Below, in pieces: positions 60,960-64,000 of a stretch of DNA of 64,000 bases; the first letter of the stretch is position 1, and each line of letters opens with the position of its first letter. The stretch spans positions 4,192,001 through 4,256,000 of the forward strand of contig OZ242195.1 of NCBI GenBank assembly GCA_965205975.1, given 5' to 3'. The notes under the pieces were generated by a model, which was given only the letters and a program-made list of their open reading frames with translations, was not told where the DNA came from and did not search any database. A program made the translations under genes and the position numbers. The DNA is from Candidatus Latescibacterota bacterium (GTDB lineage: Bacteria; Latescibacterota; UBA2968).

Positions 60960-61474
60960 CCAAAATTCTGTAACTTTGACAGCAACGATCCTCCTGCGAG
61001 CAGATAAATTCCCAGGGCGAGATAAATTATAGCAGCGATTCCCTCTGACCAGATATGCAGGAGTACAACTGGACTGTGCTGGGGTGCAAGTATAGTTTTT
61101 TGATACGATGCAACAATTTTAATGCCCTCACTGATCACTTTGGGCACACCTGTGACGACCATATAGATCCCGATGAGGCGCATGCCTACGTTGTAAAGTA
61201 CCTGGGACCAGTCATGGTCGGGTGAAATTGCAATATCCCGTTCAACAGGGTCTAATTTTTGCGCGATTGCGTCGGCGTATTTTAAGAATATATAAGCGAA
61301 GATGAGATAGAGAAGCGGTAGCGCAAAATATCCATAAATTCCGCTTGTCGGCGTATCGGCCTGGATCATCATAATTCCCTGGGGTATGATTCCAAGCGAA
61401 CTCACTGCACCTACCAGATACATCAATCCGAAAATTTTGCAGGCGACTTTAATGAGTGCGTGTGAGTGGATCAT
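60935..61474 (-). CDS. Four-TM hypothetical membrane protein; last codons supplied by the cassette
   Basis: Four hydrophobic segments forming two similar halves; RBS GGAG. Confidence 0.75.
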   Translation of the reverse strand: MIHSHALIKVACKIFGLMYLVGAVSSLGIIPQGIMMIQADTPTSGIYGYFALPLLYLIFAYIFLKYADAIAQKLDPVERDIAISPDHDWSQVLYNVGMRLIGIYMVVTGVPKVISEGIKIVASYQKTILAPQHSPVVLLHIWSEGIAAIIYLALGIYLLAGGSLLSKLQNFGKKNPQSF

Positions 61475-61510
61475 GGATTGTCTCCGTTCTGTGTTTTCAT
61501 GCACGGGCGG

Positions 61511-61608
61511 CTGGATCGCGGCTAAAAGCTTGCCGCGATGACGGGCGAGGCATGCCTCGCCCCTACGGATATTCCTACTTCACACTTCCTACTTCCTACT
61601 TCACACTT
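61511..61608. repeat. Stack of three intergenic repeat types
   Basis: CTGGATCGCGGCTAAAAGCTTGCCGCGATGAC hairpin; GTAG-type palindrome at 61543-61566 (minus); five C(C/A)(T/C)ACTT heptamers at 61574-61608. Confidence 0.75.
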
Positions 61609-61609
61609 C

Positions 61610-62632
61610 TCATGGTGTCGGTGCGTCTTCTCGCAGCAGGCCCTCGGATTTTAGTTCAGCCCAGAGATCTGAGGGTATGGGGTGCTGGTAGTTTTTGATG
61701 TTTGCATGGATGTATTCGGGTTTGAGGGCGCCGGGGATGATGGCGGCGACGCTGGGGTGTGCGAGTGGGAACTGGATGGCTGCTGCCGGGAGCGGTACGT
61801 TGTGAGCATTGCATATTGTTTCTATTTTTCGGGTTTTTTCAAGGATTTCTGAGGTTGCGGTGTCGTAGGCGTATAATGCGCCTTCCACTGGCCCTGTGGC
61901 GAGGATGCCCGAGGCGAATACAGAGCCGATGACGATGTCGGCGCCGTGTTCGGCGCATTTTGGAAATTCTTCGTCTAATGGGTCCTGGTCGAGGAGGGTA
62001 TAGGGCATGGCGACGATGAAGAAGTCGATATTGACCATGTCCAGGAATCGGGGGATGAGTCCCAGCATGTTGAGTCCCACACCAATGCCTTTGATTTGTC
62101 CGCTTGAGCGCAGTTCGTCCAGGGCGCGCCAGCCGCTTGTGTAGATTTGGGCAAGGGTGGCGGTTACCATGTCTTCAGAGGTGTGAAAGAAGTAGTCGGG
62201 GTCGTGTATGAGGAGGAGTTCTACGGCGTGCAAGCTGAGTCGCTGGAGGCTGTCTTCATAAGACCGCATGATGCCGTCGTAGCTGTAGTCGAAGGCGTAT
62301 TCAAAGGGCAGACCGCCAATCCACATGTCTTTGTCAAATGTTTTGAGGTCGCGCGTGGCTTTTAATACGCGTCCGACTTTGGTGGAGATGGCAAATTCTT
62401 CTCTGTTCTGTTGTCGCAGGAAATGCCCGAAGCGATGTTCGCTTTTGCCATAGCCGTAAAAGGGGGCAGTGTCGAAGTATCGGATGCCCGCATCCCATGC
62501 GGCTTGCAATGTGTCTTGCGCCTGTGTTTCACTTACGAGTTCGAATAGATCACCTATGGGCGCGCCGCCCATGCCCATTTCGGTTACTTCGAGGCCTGTT
62601 TGTCCAACGGTTCGCTTTTTGATTGTGTTCAT
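61610..62632 (-). CDS. Aldo/keto reductase (D-threo-aldose 1-dehydrogenase-like)
   Basis: GIRYFDTAPFYG, ISTKVGR, FDYSYDG, LLIHD. Confidence 0.9.
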   Translation of the reverse strand: MNTIKKRTVGQTGLEVTEMGMGGAPIGDLFELVSETQAQDTLQAAWDAGIRYFDTAPFYGYGKSEHRFGHFLRQQNREEFAISTKVGRVLKATRDLKTFDKDMWIGGLPFEYAFDYSYDGIMRSYEDSLQRLSLHAVELLLIHDPDYFFHTSEDMVTATLAQIYTSGWRALDELRSSGQIKGIGVGLNMLGLIPRFLDMVNIDFFIVAMPYTLLDQDPLDEEFPKCAEHGADIVIGSVFASGILATGPVEGALYAYDTATSEILEKTRKIETICNAHNVPLPAAAIQFPLAHPSVAAIIPGALKPEYIHANIKNYQHPIPSDLWAELKSEGLLREDAPTP

Positions 62633-62650
62633 GAAATTTCTCCTGAAGCG

Positions 62651-64000
62651 TTACACTGTAGGTAATGGCGCGTCGTCGTCCGTTTCATGTTGCCAGAGGC
62701 GAATTTTTGCCGCCATTTTGCGTATGCGGTCTCTGTGTACAGGTTCGTCGAACAGGTTTGTGAGTTCATGGGGATCGCTGTTCAGGTCGAATAATTCGCA
62801 TTGGTCGCCCACGCACAGGTTGAGTTTCCATCGGTCGGCTGTTGCGATTGCACGCCAGGGGAGGGTGGCGATTAAGTTGATCTGCGGTGAGCCGAGACTG
62901 CGATCTCCCAGTCCGTTCCACTGGATGAAGACGTCGGTATCGTCGAGTGTTTCTCTGCCTTCGAGGACGGGTACCCGGCTGGTGCCTTGCAGGTGTTCGG
63001 GCACGGGTTGTCCCATGAGGTCTAATAAGGTGGGGACGAGGTCGATATGGCCGATGTTGCCGGGGATCATTCGGTGTTCGCGCCCGAGATGGGGTATCCG
63101 CACCATGAGGGGGACTTTGGCAGAGGGTTCGTAGAATGCGCGTTTTTCCCGCATGCCCTGGTCGCCTGCCATTTCGCCGTGGTCAGAGCTGAATACGACT
63201 ATGGTGTTGTCGGCGTGGCCGGATTTTTCAAGGGCGTCCATCAGTCTGCCCAGTGCCCGATCTACGAGTGTGACTGTGCCGTAGTATTCTGCACGGAATT
63301 TTCGGAGTTTTGCTTCTGCAGCGCGTTGTTCTTCGGGGGTTGCGTCGGGTTGTATATTGCGTTCAGCTCTCAGTCTGTTAAATAGCGATGCGCCCTCAGG
63401 ATAGCGCGTGAATGCGGGACCTACGGGCATTTTGTTGGGGTCGTGTACATGTTTCATCGGTCCGGAGATGGGTGGGTGTGGTTCGAAGCAGTGGACCTGT
63501 AGCATGAATGGTTTGTCGCGTTCTGCCATCAGAAAGCGGGTGGCTTCGTCGCATAAAAAGGATACCATGGAGAGGTGTTCGGGCAAGTCTGCGCGCAGTT
63601 GTCCGGAGAATACGCGGTGTCCGGCTTCTGTTGTTTTATCTGGTTCGATTCCATTTTCCAATAGGAACTGGTGATAGGGTGTGTCCGGGTGGTCGATGAC
63701 CCAGGGCAGTTCAGCGACGGGTAGCCATTCATCAAATCCGTGTTGTCGCGTTGTTTCTTTGCCCAGGTGCCATTTGCCGTAGTAGGCTTTGTGGTAATCG
63801 TTTGACGTCATTTCTGCGATGGATTTGATTGCGGGGTCGAGCAGGATGTTGTTTTTGACCATTCTGGCGGCGTGTGGATATAGTCCCGTTACGAGGGTTG
63901 CGCGCGATGGCGTGCAGACGGGTTGCGCGCAATAGGGGTTTTCAAAGACAAAGCTTTCGCTGGCGAGGGCGTTCATGTTCGATGCCTGGATCCAGTCGTT
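62651..64000 (-). CDS. Sulfatase (Cys-type), 5' end outside the window
   Basis: CTPSR, GKWHLG, SSDHGEM. Confidence 0.9.
   Translation of the reverse strand, partial: NDWIQASNMNALASESFVFENPYCAQPVCTPSRATLVTGLYPHAARMVKNNILLDPAIKSIAEMTSNDYHKAYYGKWHLGKETTRQHGFDEWLPVAELPWVIDHPDTPYHQFLLENGIEPDKTTEAGHRVFSGQLRADLPEHLSMVSFLCDEATRFLMAERDKPFMLQVHCFEPHPPISGPMKHVHDPNKMPVGPAFTRYPEGASLFNRLRAERNIQPDATPEEQRAAEAKLRKFRAEYYGTVTLVDRALGRLMDALEKSGHADNTIVVFSSDHGEMAGDQGMREKRAFYEPSAKVPLMVRIPHLGREHRMIPGNIGHIDLVPTLLDLMGQPVPEHLQGTSRVPVLEGRETLDDTDVFIQWNGLGDRSLGSPQINLIATLPWRAIATADRWKLNLCVGDQCELFDLNSDPHELTNLFDEPVHRDRIRKMAAKIRLWQHETDDDAPLPTV

Larger units (their letters stand above)
60541..60982 (+). mobile_element. 424-bp antitoxin cassette flanked by 18-bp direct repeats
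   Basis: ATTCTGTAACTTTGACAG occurs at 60541-60558 and 60965-60982. Confidence 0.7.

Overview
A 64-kb chromosomal segment of a bacterium whose gene content suggests a marine sponge symbiont, possibly Latescibacterota-like. This taxonomy is inferred from the sup-type PKS, several sulfatases, PhyH dioxygenases, DUF6785-like membrane proteins, a GWxTD/TPR protein and a dockerin-like repeat protein. Main blocks: (1) 1.8-6.0 kb accessory island with an IS256-like element, a NYN/PIN-fold RNase preceded by promoter + structured leader RNA + terminator, and orphan antitoxins. (2) 6-12 kb transport and catabolic genes. (3) 12-25 kb sup polyketide synthase cluster (hydrolase, ~10-kb supA with one frameshift, ACP, permease). 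(4) 25-39 kb envelope/TPR/membrane genes. (5) 39-47 kb catabolic genes and epmA. (6) 47-54 kb Chlamydia-type (class Ic) ribonucleotide reductase, with an ABC-ATPase + TOPRIM-like pair lying between nrdA and nrdB behind a promoter carrying NrdR-box-like sites. (7) 54-64 kb sugar/opine catabolic genes plus a 424-bp antitoxin cassette flanked by 18-bp direct repeats. No rRNA, tRNA or CRISPR array was seen. The best candidates for undescribed systems are the RNA leader/NYN module (type III TA-like layout), the putative NrdR-controlled defence pair, and the direct-repeat-flanked antitoxin cassette. Family assignments come from motif recognition, not database searches.
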